Of a stretch of 33,242 bases of DNA, positions 1 to 8,726 are shown piece by piece. Within the stretch, counting starts at the first letter, position 1. Every line of letters starts with the position of its first letter. Both the position numbers and the translations under genes were made by a program. Origin of the DNA: an uncultured Bacteriovoracaceae bacterium (lineage in GTDB: Bacteria; Bdellovibrionota; Bacteriovoracia; Bacteriovoracales; Bacteriovoracaceae); contig CAXGUD010000039.1 of the NCBI GenBank assembly GCA_964012805.1, positions 1-33,242 on the forward strand. The letters are read 5' to 3'. Under the pieces are notes generated by a model that was given only the letters and a program-made list of their open reading frames with translations, did not search any database and had not been told where the DNA came from.

Positions 1-1437
1 ATGAGTTTTCTTCTTCCTCATTTTCTAGAAGAGGGTAGGGGAGATATAGATGTCTATTTTACAAGAGTCTACAATCCTCTCTGGACAAATCCTGATGGTT
101 TTAGCTGGATGAGGGTTTTAAAGGACGAGGACAAGATGAAGTGTACCGTGGCGCTGACACCTACTTGGAACGAATCCGCTTGGTTTTCTGACTATGTTCT
201 TCCTATGGGGCATGCTAGTGAAAGGCACGATCTTATGAGCCAGGAAACTCACTCGAGCCAATGGGTCTCTTTTCGTCAACCAGTTTTAAGAGTTGCCAAA
301 GAGAGGGCCGGTGAAAAAATAAAATTTACTTACGAAGCAAACCCTGGGGAAGTTTGGGAGGAAAATGAATTTTGGGTAGAGCTTTCAGGCCGTATGGACC
401 CTGATGGGTCTCTTGGAATTCGTCAGCACTTTGAAAGTTTGGAAAGACCTGGTGAGCTTGTGAGTCAGGATGAGTATTGGGGATGGATTTTCGATCATTC
501 CATACCAGGCTTACCTGAAGCTGCTAAAGAGAAAGGGATGACACCTTTGGAATACATGAAGAGGATAGGGGCCTTTGAGGTTAAAAAAGATAATTATAAG
601 CCTTATGAGAAGGACGGGTTTAAAACTCCAAGTAAAAAACTTGAGTTTTTTAGCCGAACCGTCAACGATTGGGGCTGGCCTGAAAAAGAGTATATTGTTC
701 CTTGGAATTTAAAAAGTCATGCACATCCGGACAACATCAAAAGAGATAAAGGGGAAATGCTCCTCTTACCAAATTTTAGACTGCCCACTTTAATCCACTC
801 AAGGAGTGCTAACGCTAAATGGTTGTATGAAATTAGCCATAGAAACCCTGTTTGGATTCACCCGGAAGATGCAAAACGGCTTGGTATTCAGTCTGGAGAC
901 CTCCTAAAAGTAGAGACAGAAATTGGATACTTTGTTGATAAAGCTTGGGTGACAGAGGGAATTAAGCCAGGAATCATCGCCTGTTCTCACCACCTAGGTC
1001 GTTGGCGCCTCAGTGATTCAGATAATCTAAATAAAGGGATGAGTAACCTTGTTGAGCTTAAAGAAAATCAAGAAGGCCATCATAGACTAAAGGTTAAAGA
1101 GCAAGGAGGAGGTTGGAAAAGTAGTGATCCAGATACAGAGAGAATTTGGTGGAAAGATGTTGGTGTTCACCAGAACCTTACCCACGGTGTTCATCCAGAT
1201 CCTCATAGTGGGGCCCATTGTTGGTTACAGCGTGCAGTTTCTGTAAAAAAAGCTGGTCCCGAAGACGAATACGGAGATATTTTTGTTGATGCTGAAAAAT
1301 CAAAGTTTGTTTATAAATCGTGGTGCAAGCTTACAAGGAGTGCTGAAACTCATTCTCCAAATGGAATGAGAAGACCTCTTTGGTTTAAAAGACCACTAAA
1401 ACCCAAGGAATCAGCTTATTTGCTTAAAAAAAATTAG
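1..1437 (+). CDS. Molybdopterin (Mo/W-bisPGD) oxidoreductase catalytic subunit, DMSO reductase superfamily; C-terminal part only, 5'-truncated by the window edge
   Basis: SDYVLPMGHASER matches the family 'aDvvLP...E' motif. The C-terminal molybdopterin-dinucleotide-binding domain is visible (IHSRSANAKWLYE...VWIHPEDAKRLGIQSGDLLKVETEIG...GIKPG). At 478 aa with no N-terminal Fe-S motif it is too short to be complete. A TorD-type chaperone follows. Confidence 0.9.
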   Translation: MSFLLPHFLEEGRGDIDVYFTRVYNPLWTNPDGFSWMRVLKDEDKMKCTVALTPTWNESAWFSDYVLPMGHASERHDLMSQETHSSQWVSFRQPVLRVAKERAGEKIKFTYEANPGEVWEENEFWVELSGRMDPDGSLGIRQHFESLERPGELVSQDEYWGWIFDHSIPGLPEAAKEKGMTPLEYMKRIGAFEVKKDNYKPYEKDGFKTPSKKLEFFSRTVNDWGWPEKEYIVPWNLKSHAHPDNIKRDKGEMLLLPNFRLPTLIHSRSANAKWLYEISHRNPVWIHPEDAKRLGIQSGDLLKVETEIGYFVDKAWVTEGIKPGIIACSHHLGRWRLSDSDNLNKGMSNLVELKENQEGHHRLKVKEQGGGWKSSDPDTERIWWKDVGVHQNLTHGVHPDPHSGAHCWLQRAVSVKKAGPEDEYGDIFVDAEKSKFVYKSWCKLTRSAETHSPNGMRRPLWFKRPLKPKESAYLLKKN

Positions 1438-1451
1438 AATAAATTTTTATT

Positions 1452-2468
1452 TTGAGAAGAGAAAAATCGGATATGATTAACAAAAATTTAATTAACATTC
1501 AATATTATGAATCAATTGGGCAAGTGCTCCTTTCTTTACCAGGAGCTTCCCCACTAAGCCACTTGAAAACCTTAGGACTTCATTATGAAGGAGCTGACGA
1601 GGATGAATTTCTTTGTCTTCACTATGAAACTTTTGGGAGGCAGTGGCCGCCTTATCATGCCGTTTTTTGGAGCTTAGAAGAAGAAAAAGAAATGTTCCGT
1701 TCTCACTTATTTTCCTTTTTCGAAGGAGAAGATGAATTTAAAAAAAGAGTTGAATTTAATAAGGAATCACCAGATCATATTGGTATTCACTTTTTGTTTC
1801 TCTCGCACCTTTTAAAAAAAGAGTTTGAAAGTGATTGCGTCAAAACCAAAGCGAAGCGTAAGCATTTTGTTAAGTCTTACCTTTTTCCTTTTTCCATTGT
1901 TCTCCTTTTAACCCTTGAAAGGGAAGCAGCTACTCCTTTTAAAGAGCTTGCCGGAGACCTTTTTAAAAGATTTGCTGAAGACTTTAAAGAGACCCTCGGA
2001 GAGGGCTTGTCATGTCGTGAAGACATTGAAGCCGAAATAAAGCTTCGTAGGGAAGAGCTTTTTCCTCTTTTAAACAATAAAGAATCGGGTCTAAAGGAAA
2101 TTACGGCATATTTATTAAATCCAAGTAAGATAGGCTTTTTTTTAGGTCAAAAAAGCCTCTTAAATTGTGCACGTTCTTGTGAATTACCTTTTGGATTTGG
2201 AAAGAGAACAGAGCTTCTTCTTCAACTTTTTTATACATCCTTAGATTTCGAAAAACTAGGTTCACTAATTGAATCTTTAAAAGAAGAGGTTGAAAAGTGG
2301 GTCTATTTTTATAAAGAAAAAAAGAAAGAGTTAGAAGCTTTATCTTTTTATTGGGAAGGTTTAATTGCTCGATCCAATATGGCGATCGAGTTATTAACTG
2401 AAATGAAATCTATTTCTGAGAAAAAGGAAACTCGCTCCTTAGGAGATTTAAAAACAAAGCATCTATAA
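1452..2468 (+). CDS. TorD/DmsD-family molybdoenzyme maturation chaperone with a C-terminal extension (start may be ATG at 1473)
   Basis: WPPYHAVF resembles the PPYESVY motif and ESPDHIGIHFLFLSHL matches the E-x-x-D-H-I motif. It lies 14 nt downstream of the molybdoenzyme. Confidence 0.85.
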   Translation: MRREKSDMINKNLINIQYYESIGQVLLSLPGASPLSHLKTLGLHYEGADEDEFLCLHYETFGRQWPPYHAVFWSLEEEKEMFRSHLFSFFEGEDEFKKRVEFNKESPDHIGIHFLFLSHLLKKEFESDCVKTKAKRKHFVKSYLFPFSIVLLLTLEREAATPFKELAGDLFKRFAEDFKETLGEGLSCREDIEAEIKLRREELFPLLNNKESGLKEITAYLLNPSKIGFFLGQKSLLNCARSCELPFGFGKRTELLLQLFYTSLDFEKLGSLIESLKEEVEKWVYFYKEKKKELEALSFYWEGLIARSNMAIELLTEMKSISEKKETRSLGDLKTKHL

Positions 2469-2716
2469 ATTACTTGGAGGTCGTTGGCCTTTTTAACAAA
2501 GTTAATTGAGGTTTTAAACACCGTTTCCTGAATTTATTTACTCTCTTTTGCAGGATTAAATGAATGTTAAGAAATGTAATAGTTTAGTCTAATTTCAGCA
2601 TTTTTAAATAGCAAATAAACTATTGCCAAAGAGTAAAAACTGACTATTTTTTTAAGAATTAAAGTAAAATAAAGCTAAGGGCACAGGTTAGTTCTTGAGT
2701 TTCTGGGGAGTGGAAA

Positions 2717-3694
2717 TTGATTGATTTCATTTTATCAGAAGAGCCTAAAATAAGGTTGATTTCCTTTTTGGGAATTTTCACCTTCATGGCTGTTGTAGAG
2801 ACTCTTTGGCCTAGAAAAAAGAGGGTGGACAGCAGGAAGAATCGATGGACCAGTAATTTTGGGATAGTCTTTGTATCGTCTATAGCGGCCAATTTATTCT
2901 TCAAATTTCTTTTTATTGGGACACTCGTTCAATTTGCATCTATGATAAGAGATAAGGGATGGGGCCTTTTCAATTACTTTGCTGACAGTTCCGTTCAAAT
3001 GAGTTCGGGTGCCGAATGGCTTTTAATTCTAAAAGGCATTATCGTAATGGACCTCATTATTTATTTTCAGCATAGGTTTTCTCACTCAAATAAATATATT
3101 TGGGATATGCATAAAGTCCACCATGCGGACTTGGATTTGGACGTTACGAGTGGAAATAGGTTTCATCCTGTAGAAATACTTTTTTCTCTTCTGGTAAAAA
3201 TCGTGTCAATAACTGTGCTTGGTATACATCCAGTTTCAATGATCATCTTTGAAGTTGTATTAAACGGTATGGCCCAATGGAACCATAGTAATTTTAAACT
3301 TCCTCTGTGGATAGATAAGTATGTAAGGTTTCTTATTGTTACACCAGATTTCCATAGAGTTCATCACAGTGTCCATGTTAAAGAAACCAACTCGAATTAC
3401 GGCTTTAACCTCTCTTGGTGGGACTATATGTTCGGAACTTATCAGGGGCAACCTAGGGACGGACATGAGAATATGAAACTTGGGCTCAACGAGTACAGAG
3501 ACCCCAAACAGTTGAGGCTTATTGATCTTTTTTTAATTCCTTACGATCAAAAAACGTTAGCCTACGCCCACGCTAGTAATAAAGAGGAAATTATTTTTGA
3601 TTCCAAAGAAAAGATTATTCATCCACCAAATGATCCTTCTTTTCATGAAAAAAATAGGGTCGCTTATGATAAAGAAAAAATTGATTCAAGTTAA
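2717..3694 (+). CDS. Sterol desaturase / fatty acid hydroxylase superfamily membrane protein
   Basis: Histidine boxes HRFSH, HKVHH, WNHSN and HRVHH plus SNYG. Several hydrophobic segments. GGGGAG RBS before the TTG start. Confidence 0.92.
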   Translation: MIDFILSEEPKIRLISFLGIFTFMAVVETLWPRKKRVDSRKNRWTSNFGIVFVSSIAANLFFKFLFIGTLVQFASMIRDKGWGLFNYFADSSVQMSSGAEWLLILKGIIVMDLIIYFQHRFSHSNKYIWDMHKVHHADLDLDVTSGNRFHPVEILFSLLVKIVSITVLGIHPVSMIIFEVVLNGMAQWNHSNFKLPLWIDKYVRFLIVTPDFHRVHHSVHVKETNSNYGFNLSWWDYMFGTYQGQPRDGHENMKLGLNEYRDPKQLRLIDLFLIPYDQKTLAYAHASNKEEIIFDSKEKIIHPPNDPSFHEKNRVAYDKEKIDSS

Positions 3695-3726
3695 TTCATC
3701 TTCTAGATTTAAAGTGTCAAAAATAG

Positions 3727-3759
3727 AAAGAGCAAATCATAATGATTTGCCCTTTTTTT
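3727..3759 (+). terminator. Intrinsic terminator, possibly bidirectional, between the convergent desaturase and rhodanese genes
   Basis: GCAAATCA-TAA-TGATTTGC stem-loop followed by CC and a T run, with an A-rich tract on the 5' side. Confidence 0.75.
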
Positions 3760-3795
3760 AGCTTAATCTGATTGTAAGAATAGTCCATTAAGTCA

Positions 3796-4713
3796 CTAAT
3801 CTTTAGCGACTGGATTTTTCTTATGAAAGCTCCACTCAATCCAAGAACCATCATAATTTAAAAGATTCTCTTCAGGCCATCCCATTAGATAAAGAGAGAA
3901 CATTTCAACCGTGGTTCTAACACCTGATTGGCAGTAAAAGATATGCTTTTTATTTTTATCAATCCCCATTTCTGCAATAACTTTCTTTATTCTTTTAGCG
4001 TCATAAAATTCACCAGTTTTTTTGTCTCTAAACTTTTGCCAATTCATAAATTCAGCACCAGGAATTCTTCCTTTTCTGTAAGCACCTTTTTTTAATTGCT
4101 CACCAGTCCATTCTTTTGTTTCTCTTGTGTCCCAAATTTGGTACTTCGAAGTGTTTTTTCTAGCTGTTTGAACATCCTTCATAGTCGCCATCATCATATT
4201 AGCATCAAACTTTGCCGTAAAGTTTCCAGCTTTTGGCTTACTAGGGGCCAGGATATTTGTTTTACCACCGGAGGCTTTCCAACCAGCAATTCCTCCATCA
4301 AGGATTCTGATATCCTTTTTCCCATTCTTAAAAAATGCCCACCAAACTCTCGTAGAGTCATATTTATGATCATAAAGAACAACCTTACTGTCATTATCAA
4401 CGCCTAAAGACCTCATTAACTTTTGAAAAGTGTCTTTACTTGCTAGCATTCCGCCAAATCCTTCGCTACTTTTTCCTGTATAGTCGCCTCTCCAAATTTG
4501 GTGTGAACCTGGAATATGACCCGTCCTATACTGAATAGGACTAGCAACGGCGATGATTACGAGTTTCGGATCTTTCTTTTTGATTAAGCTTTTTAGTTCT
4601 TTTGGTGTGATAATACTTTCATGTCTTTTAAAGCCTTTGTGTCCCTTGCCATGGCCCATGGAAAAAGCTTGAGTTGACAAGAAAAGTGAAAGGCACATTA
4701 ATAATACTTTCAT
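3796..4713 (-). CDS. Two-domain rhodanese / sulfurtransferase (SseA/YnjE-like) with a predicted signal peptide
   Basis: GHIPGS, LDGG, GRIPGA, active-site loop YCQSGVR and the C-terminal YDGSWIEWS signature. The N-terminus MKVLLMCLSLFLSTQAFS looks like a Sec signal. AGGAGG RBS. Confidence 0.92.
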   Translation of the reverse strand: MKVLLMCLSLFLSTQAFSMGHGKGHKGFKRHESIITPKELKSLIKKKDPKLVIIAVASPIQYRTGHIPGSHQIWRGDYTGKSSEGFGGMLASKDTFQKLMRSLGVDNDSKVVLYDHKYDSTRVWWAFFKNGKKDIRILDGGIAGWKASGGKTNILAPSKPKAGNFTAKFDANMMMATMKDVQTARKNTSKYQIWDTRETKEWTGEQLKKGAYRKGRIPGAEFMNWQKFRDKKTGEFYDAKRIKKVIAEMGIDKNKKHIFYCQSGVRTTVEMFSLYLMGWPEENLLNYDGSWIEWSFHKKNPVAKD

Positions 4714-4766
4714 TTAACCTCCTAATTAAACACAGGTTTTTTTAGTGTAATTTCAGTGATTTAGGA

Positions 4767-4793
4767 GTATCGGATTATTATTGGAAAAATTAA
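4767..4793 (-). promoter_or_regulatory. Putative sigma28 (FliA)-type promoter for the rhodanese gene
   Basis: TTAA-N15-TCCGATAC versus consensus TAAA-N15-GCCGATAA, about 54 nt upstream of the start codon. Confidence 0.5.
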
Positions 4794-4936
4794 TAAAATG
4801 AGAAAATAAAAAAAGTTTTAATTGAATCAAACTAAGTTTAGGTAAGTAAGGGCCTTTACCAACAACTTTAAAATTGCCTTTTGGTTATTAGCTATCAAAA
4901 GCTGATTGTCATAAACCCTTACTTCTTTTTAGAAAT

Positions 4937-5488
4937 TTAAATGGATTTTAATGTTCCATTCGCAAGCATTTTTGCTGTTTCAACTTTTTGTAATTTTATA
5001 TTGATAGGTCTTTTCTCTATGGCAGCTTTGTACCATTTCTCTGGATTTCCAGCAAAGTAAAGTTGAGTTCCTTTTTCCTTTCTTCCTGTAAAAAAGTCCT
5101 TTATCCTTTTTCCTATGCCTTTTCTTTTATGCTTAATCAGGCTTACAAATTTATTGTCCATAACATTGGGCCCATCAACTAAGTATTGATTTCCCTTTTT
5201 TCTCATCATAACGGTTATTTTTATAACACCATTTTTAGACCAGGCCTTTTTCCAACCAACTCCAAAAACTCCATTATATCTTGATTGTGAACTTGCATAC
5301 CAAGCACCAACTTCATTAGGGCCGTCTACTTTAAAAAATTTGCTCTTAAAAACAATGTCTAATTTTTCTCCCTTAAATCGACTTTTTATTCTGGATTTAT
5401 AATCGGCGACACTTTCATGGGAAGATGGGGCGGCAGAGGTGTAAAAGGATAGTGAGAGTAGGAATCCAAAAATTAGGAGGTGCTTCAT
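4937..5488 (-). CDS. Hypothetical exported, highly basic protein
   Basis: 183-aa ORF with a signal-peptide-like N-terminus (MKHLLIFGFLLSLSFYTSA) and an AAGGA RBS. No family recognised. Confidence 0.75.
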   Translation of the reverse strand: MKHLLIFGFLLSLSFYTSAAPSSHESVADYKSRIKSRFKGEKLDIVFKSKFFKVDGPNEVGAWYASSQSRYNGVFGVGWKKAWSKNGVIKITVMMRKKGNQYLVDGPNVMDNKFVSLIKHKRKGIGKRIKDFFTGRKEKGTQLYFAGNPEKWYKAAIEKRPINIKLQKVETAKMLANGTLKSI

Positions 5489-5566
5489 AATTATTTCCTT
5501 TTTTATATGTTTCTAACCTAATCATATCTAATAAAAGGATGCGTTGCAAAAGGTGAGTAAAAGTTT

Positions 5567-5593
5567 TTCTCGGTACTTGATAAAAAAGTTTTT
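5567..5593 (-). promoter_or_regulatory. Possible sigma28-type promoter for the 4937..5488 gene
   Basis: AAAA-N15-ACCGAGAA about 79 nt upstream of the start codon; a degenerate match. Confidence 0.3.
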
Positions 5594-5600
5594 TTAAGGA

Positions 5601-5628
5601 AATACGCCTTAAAAAGGTAAGGCGTATT
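5601..5628 (-). terminator. Stem-loop, probable terminator after the DUF1330 gene
   Basis: Perfect 11-bp inverted repeat AATACGCCTTA-AAAAGG-TAAGGCGTATT, 23 nt after the stop codon at 5652. The U-tract is weak. Confidence 0.6.
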
Positions 5629-5651
5629 GTAAAATATAGACTTAGTGAGGG

Positions 5652-5945
5652 TTAAACCCCATCAATTATAATAAGTGGCCCAGTTGAGTTTTCTTTTCTT
5701 GCGCCTACGATTTTTTTATACGAATCGCTTTCCATCCAACCTGTAGCTGATTCTCTGTTTGGAAATTCGATAACAACATCTAACTGCCCAAGGTCTTCAC
5801 CTTCTCTGTAGGAGACTTCTCCACCTTTTACAATAACTTTACCTTGATAGGGCTGCAGAGTAGCAGGCACATGTGCTGCGTACTCTGTCATAAAACGTTC
5901 TTTGTCAGAAATTTTTAAGTGACCAATGCAATAAGCTTTAGACAT
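5652..5945 (-). CDS. DUF1330 family protein
   Basis: 97 aa with the characteristic pattern Y.....P.TL..YQG..IVKGG....EG......VVIEFP..ESA..W..SDSY.....R. Confidence 0.9.
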   Translation of the reverse strand: MSKAYCIGHLKISDKERFMTEYAAHVPATLQPYQGKVIVKGGEVSYREGEDLGQLDVVIEFPNRESATGWMESDSYKKIVGARKENSTGPLIIIDGV

Positions 5946-6046
5946 AATAAATCCTTTTTAAAGTTTAGGGGTAGACTTTAACAGATGATGGCTTTAAAAG
6001 ACAAACCTTAGAAAAATATTGTTAATTTTAGTTACCTTAAGAATTT

Positions 6047-7474
6047 TTAATCTGGGAAATTTTTAATAAAGACTTGAAACCTTCTCATAACAAAGAGGTG
6101 GAATAAGGCTTGAGTGTATATGTAAATATACCAGGGAAGTGCGGGAATAAACTCGTGAATGGCCACTAGAAAATAATTACCACAAGCTGTTTCTCTAAAC
6201 TCTAGGCGTCCTCTCCCTTGATCTTTGGAGGCGAGATAACCTCCAGTAATATAAAACAGCTGTCTGTCCGTTGAGCTTCGGTCAGAGCTTAATGTTAGTT
6301 CTAAGAGAGGTGTCTTTACAAATGGCCCTATGAATTGACAGACATTTTTTTCAACCTTTACTTTGATTATAAAAGAGAAAAACTGGGGAAGCCATTCCAT
6401 ATACTTATGACTAACCCATATGGCAGATTTGTTCTTTGGTCTATGAAGCCTCTGGACTGATCTGACATCTCTTTTTTTCAAGTCCAAGCCCCAATACTTT
6501 GTCTTACCCTTAATATCTATACCAAAGGAAGGTTTTTGGTGAATATCCGATTTATCAATGGCCGCATTTAAAGACTCTTTAAAATTTTTAAACTTATAGT
6601 CGGGTATTGGGAGTTGCTTTGTTTCATCGGGAATCATAGCATGTTTTAGGCTTTGAATAAGTGGGTAGACAAGGTTTTTTGGTGTATTCGTTATAAGGCT
6701 TACCCAAAGCTTTGAAAGTCCTGGGCTAAAAAGAGGCACATTAAAAAAGTATCTTTTATGGCCAAGCTCTTTGGCGGTTTCTTCCAGCAGCTCCTGGTAG
6801 GTCATAAAAGTATTACCACCTAAGTCGTATTCCTTGTCAAATGTGTCTTCATTCCCCAAACAAAAGTGAACTGATTTAATGACATCTTCTATGGCAACTG
6901 GCTTTGATGCATTTTGGGTCCAAGATGGGAGGATCATAATAGGTAAGCGTTCAACAAGCTTTTTTAAAATATTAAAAGAAGATCCATTTTTTCCAATTAT
7001 GATACCTGCCCTTAGGGAAGTGACTGGAATACCGTAGTTTCTTAAAGTATCTTCAGTTTCCAGGCGGCTCTTAAGGTGAAGAGAAAGGTCTTCTACCTTT
7101 GGTATGATTCCGCCGAGGTAGATTATTTGTTTGACTCCTTTTTTTTTGGCCGTTCGAGCAAAATTATCAGCAATGATGAGGTCATTGTCCTGGAACTCCG
7201 CTTGAACAAGCTTTGATGTAGGGAGCATACTGTGTACAAGGTAGATAGCAAAATCAACCTGGTCCAAAGCATTTTCTAGGTCAATGAGAGAAAAAAGGTC
7301 ACACTGGATCCACTCTATATTGGACTCATTTTTTTCATTAATCTGTACTAAGCCTTTATCTTCCTGGAAGCTCCGACTTAAGGCATTTACTCGAATGGAT
7401 TCGTTATTTTCAAACGATTTCAAGAGGTGGCGTCCAACGAAACCGGTCGCACCGGCAATAGCAATTTTAACCAT
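6047..7474 (-). CDS. NAD(P)-binding atypical SDR / epimerase-family protein (YbjT-like) with a C-terminal domain
   Basis: IAGATGFVG Rossmann motif, plus YLVHSM, IIYLGG, HLKSR.ETE and LRAGIIIG..GSSF, typical of YbjT-like proteins. Confidence 0.85.
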   Translation of the reverse strand: MVKIAIAGATGFVGRHLLKSFENNESIRVNALSRSFQEDKGLVQINEKNESNIEWIQCDLFSLIDLENALDQVDFAIYLVHSMLPTSKLVQAEFQDNDLIIADNFARTAKKKGVKQIIYLGGIIPKVEDLSLHLKSRLETEDTLRNYGIPVTSLRAGIIIGKNGSSFNILKKLVERLPIMILPSWTQNASKPVAIEDVIKSVHFCLGNEDTFDKEYDLGGNTFMTYQELLEETAKELGHKRYFFNVPLFSPGLSKLWVSLITNTPKNLVYPLIQSLKHAMIPDETKQLPIPDYKFKNFKESLNAAIDKSDIHQKPSFGIDIKGKTKYWGLDLKKRDVRSVQRLHRPKNKSAIWVSHKYMEWLPQFFSFIIKVKVEKNVCQFIGPFVKTPLLELTLSSDRSSTDRQLFYITGGYLASKDQGRGRLEFRETACGNYFLVAIHEFIPALPWYIYIYTQALFHLFVMRRFQVFIKNFPD

Positions 7475-7826
7475 TGAAACTCCTTTATTTTTATTCTAAC
7501 CCTTAATTCATTAAATAAGTTAGTGTAAAAAAATTAGAAATTTTTGAGACCTTATTACCTCTTAACTATAACATCTTGCCTTCTGATACGCATTGAGGGC
7601 CTATTTTTGCTTTATTTAGTTGTTTTTATATTCATTTTTTAAGATTAAATTTGTTAAAAATAAATATTTAGTTTCTTCCATAAGAGTGATTGAATAATTT
7701 TATTTGACATGCAATTAACTTAAATTTGTTTAAGTATTAAGGTGGCTCTGATAACTTTATGGACGACAGGAGGTAGGAGAGTGATGAAGAATAAGGCCAA
7801 AATCAAGAATCAATTAAAAAAGCTTC

Positions 7827-8726
7827 CTAAGGATTTCCATTTTTTTGAAACTTTCTTATCATTTCGTCTTTGATATAAAACCTTTGAGTAATCCAATGAT
7901 TAAGCTCATTCTTATCATTAGTTAATTCTTCTAAATCAAAACGTTTTACATGAAGATGGACCTTACTGACTTTTCCTAAAACTAGGTCTGTTATGGTCGG
8001 TGCGCTTCCTTCATAGATAATGGTCGCATCGAGGACAGTTTTACAATGACCTCTTAGACCCTGAATTGAAGCTGTAAATCCCTTCGCCCTTGGCAGGAGG
8101 ACATGATTGAGAGGTGGAAGCTTCTTACTTTTTGCGATTCGTTCCATTAATTTTAGTTTTTCAGGACGAAACCTTGTCCCCTCAGGGAAAAGGATAAGCC
8201 AGATAGGAATATTATTTTTAAAGAACTTTTTAAAAGTATCCTCTATTTTGTGTTTATCCTTATCCCAATTCCTTTTCAAAAAAAGACCATCAAGAAAAAG
8301 CATGCCCCACCCAATGCCTGGCACGTATTTAATAATGTCTTTTATAAACCACTTCATGTGGTCAATTTGCTTCATTTCCTTGGCCAGCTTAAAAAGGACG
8401 GGTATGTCGCTCATACCCTGATGGTTTGATATTAGAATGATATTTTCTCTTGGAGTAAGCTCATCTCCGGAAATGACGACTTTAATGCCTGACTTTCTCA
8501 TCATCCACTCAGCTGTACTCCACCATGATCCGGCCAAAAATGTATTAATTTTCCGAAAAGTTTTTTTGGATAAGGGGATAAAAAGAATAGAGGTGATTTG
8601 GACTATATTTATGAGGATTATGAATAAAAAAAGGGACAAGAAAATTAATATTCCTCTAAGAAACTTTATGGGGATTATCATCATTTCTAAAAATGATGAG
8701 GCTTTTTGATTTTTCATGGAGGGCAT
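7827..8726 (-). CDS. Lysophospholipid acyltransferase (LPLAT), LCLAT1/AGPAT/YihG-like subgroup
   Basis: NHQGMSD (HX4D), FLKRNW, FPEGTR and HVLLPRAKGF motifs, with N-terminal TM helices. Confidence 0.9.
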   Translation of the reverse strand: MPSMKNQKASSFLEMMIIPIKFLRGILIFLSLFLFIILINIVQITSILFIPLSKKTFRKINTFLAGSWWSTAEWMMRKSGIKVVISGDELTPRENIILISNHQGMSDIPVLFKLAKEMKQIDHMKWFIKDIIKYVPGIGWGMLFLDGLFLKRNWDKDKHKIEDTFKKFFKNNIPIWLILFPEGTRFRPEKLKLMERIAKSKKLPPLNHVLLPRAKGFTASIQGLRGHCKTVLDATIIYEGSAPTITDLVLGKVSKVHLHVKRFDLEELTNDKNELNHWITQRFYIKDEMIRKFQKNGNP

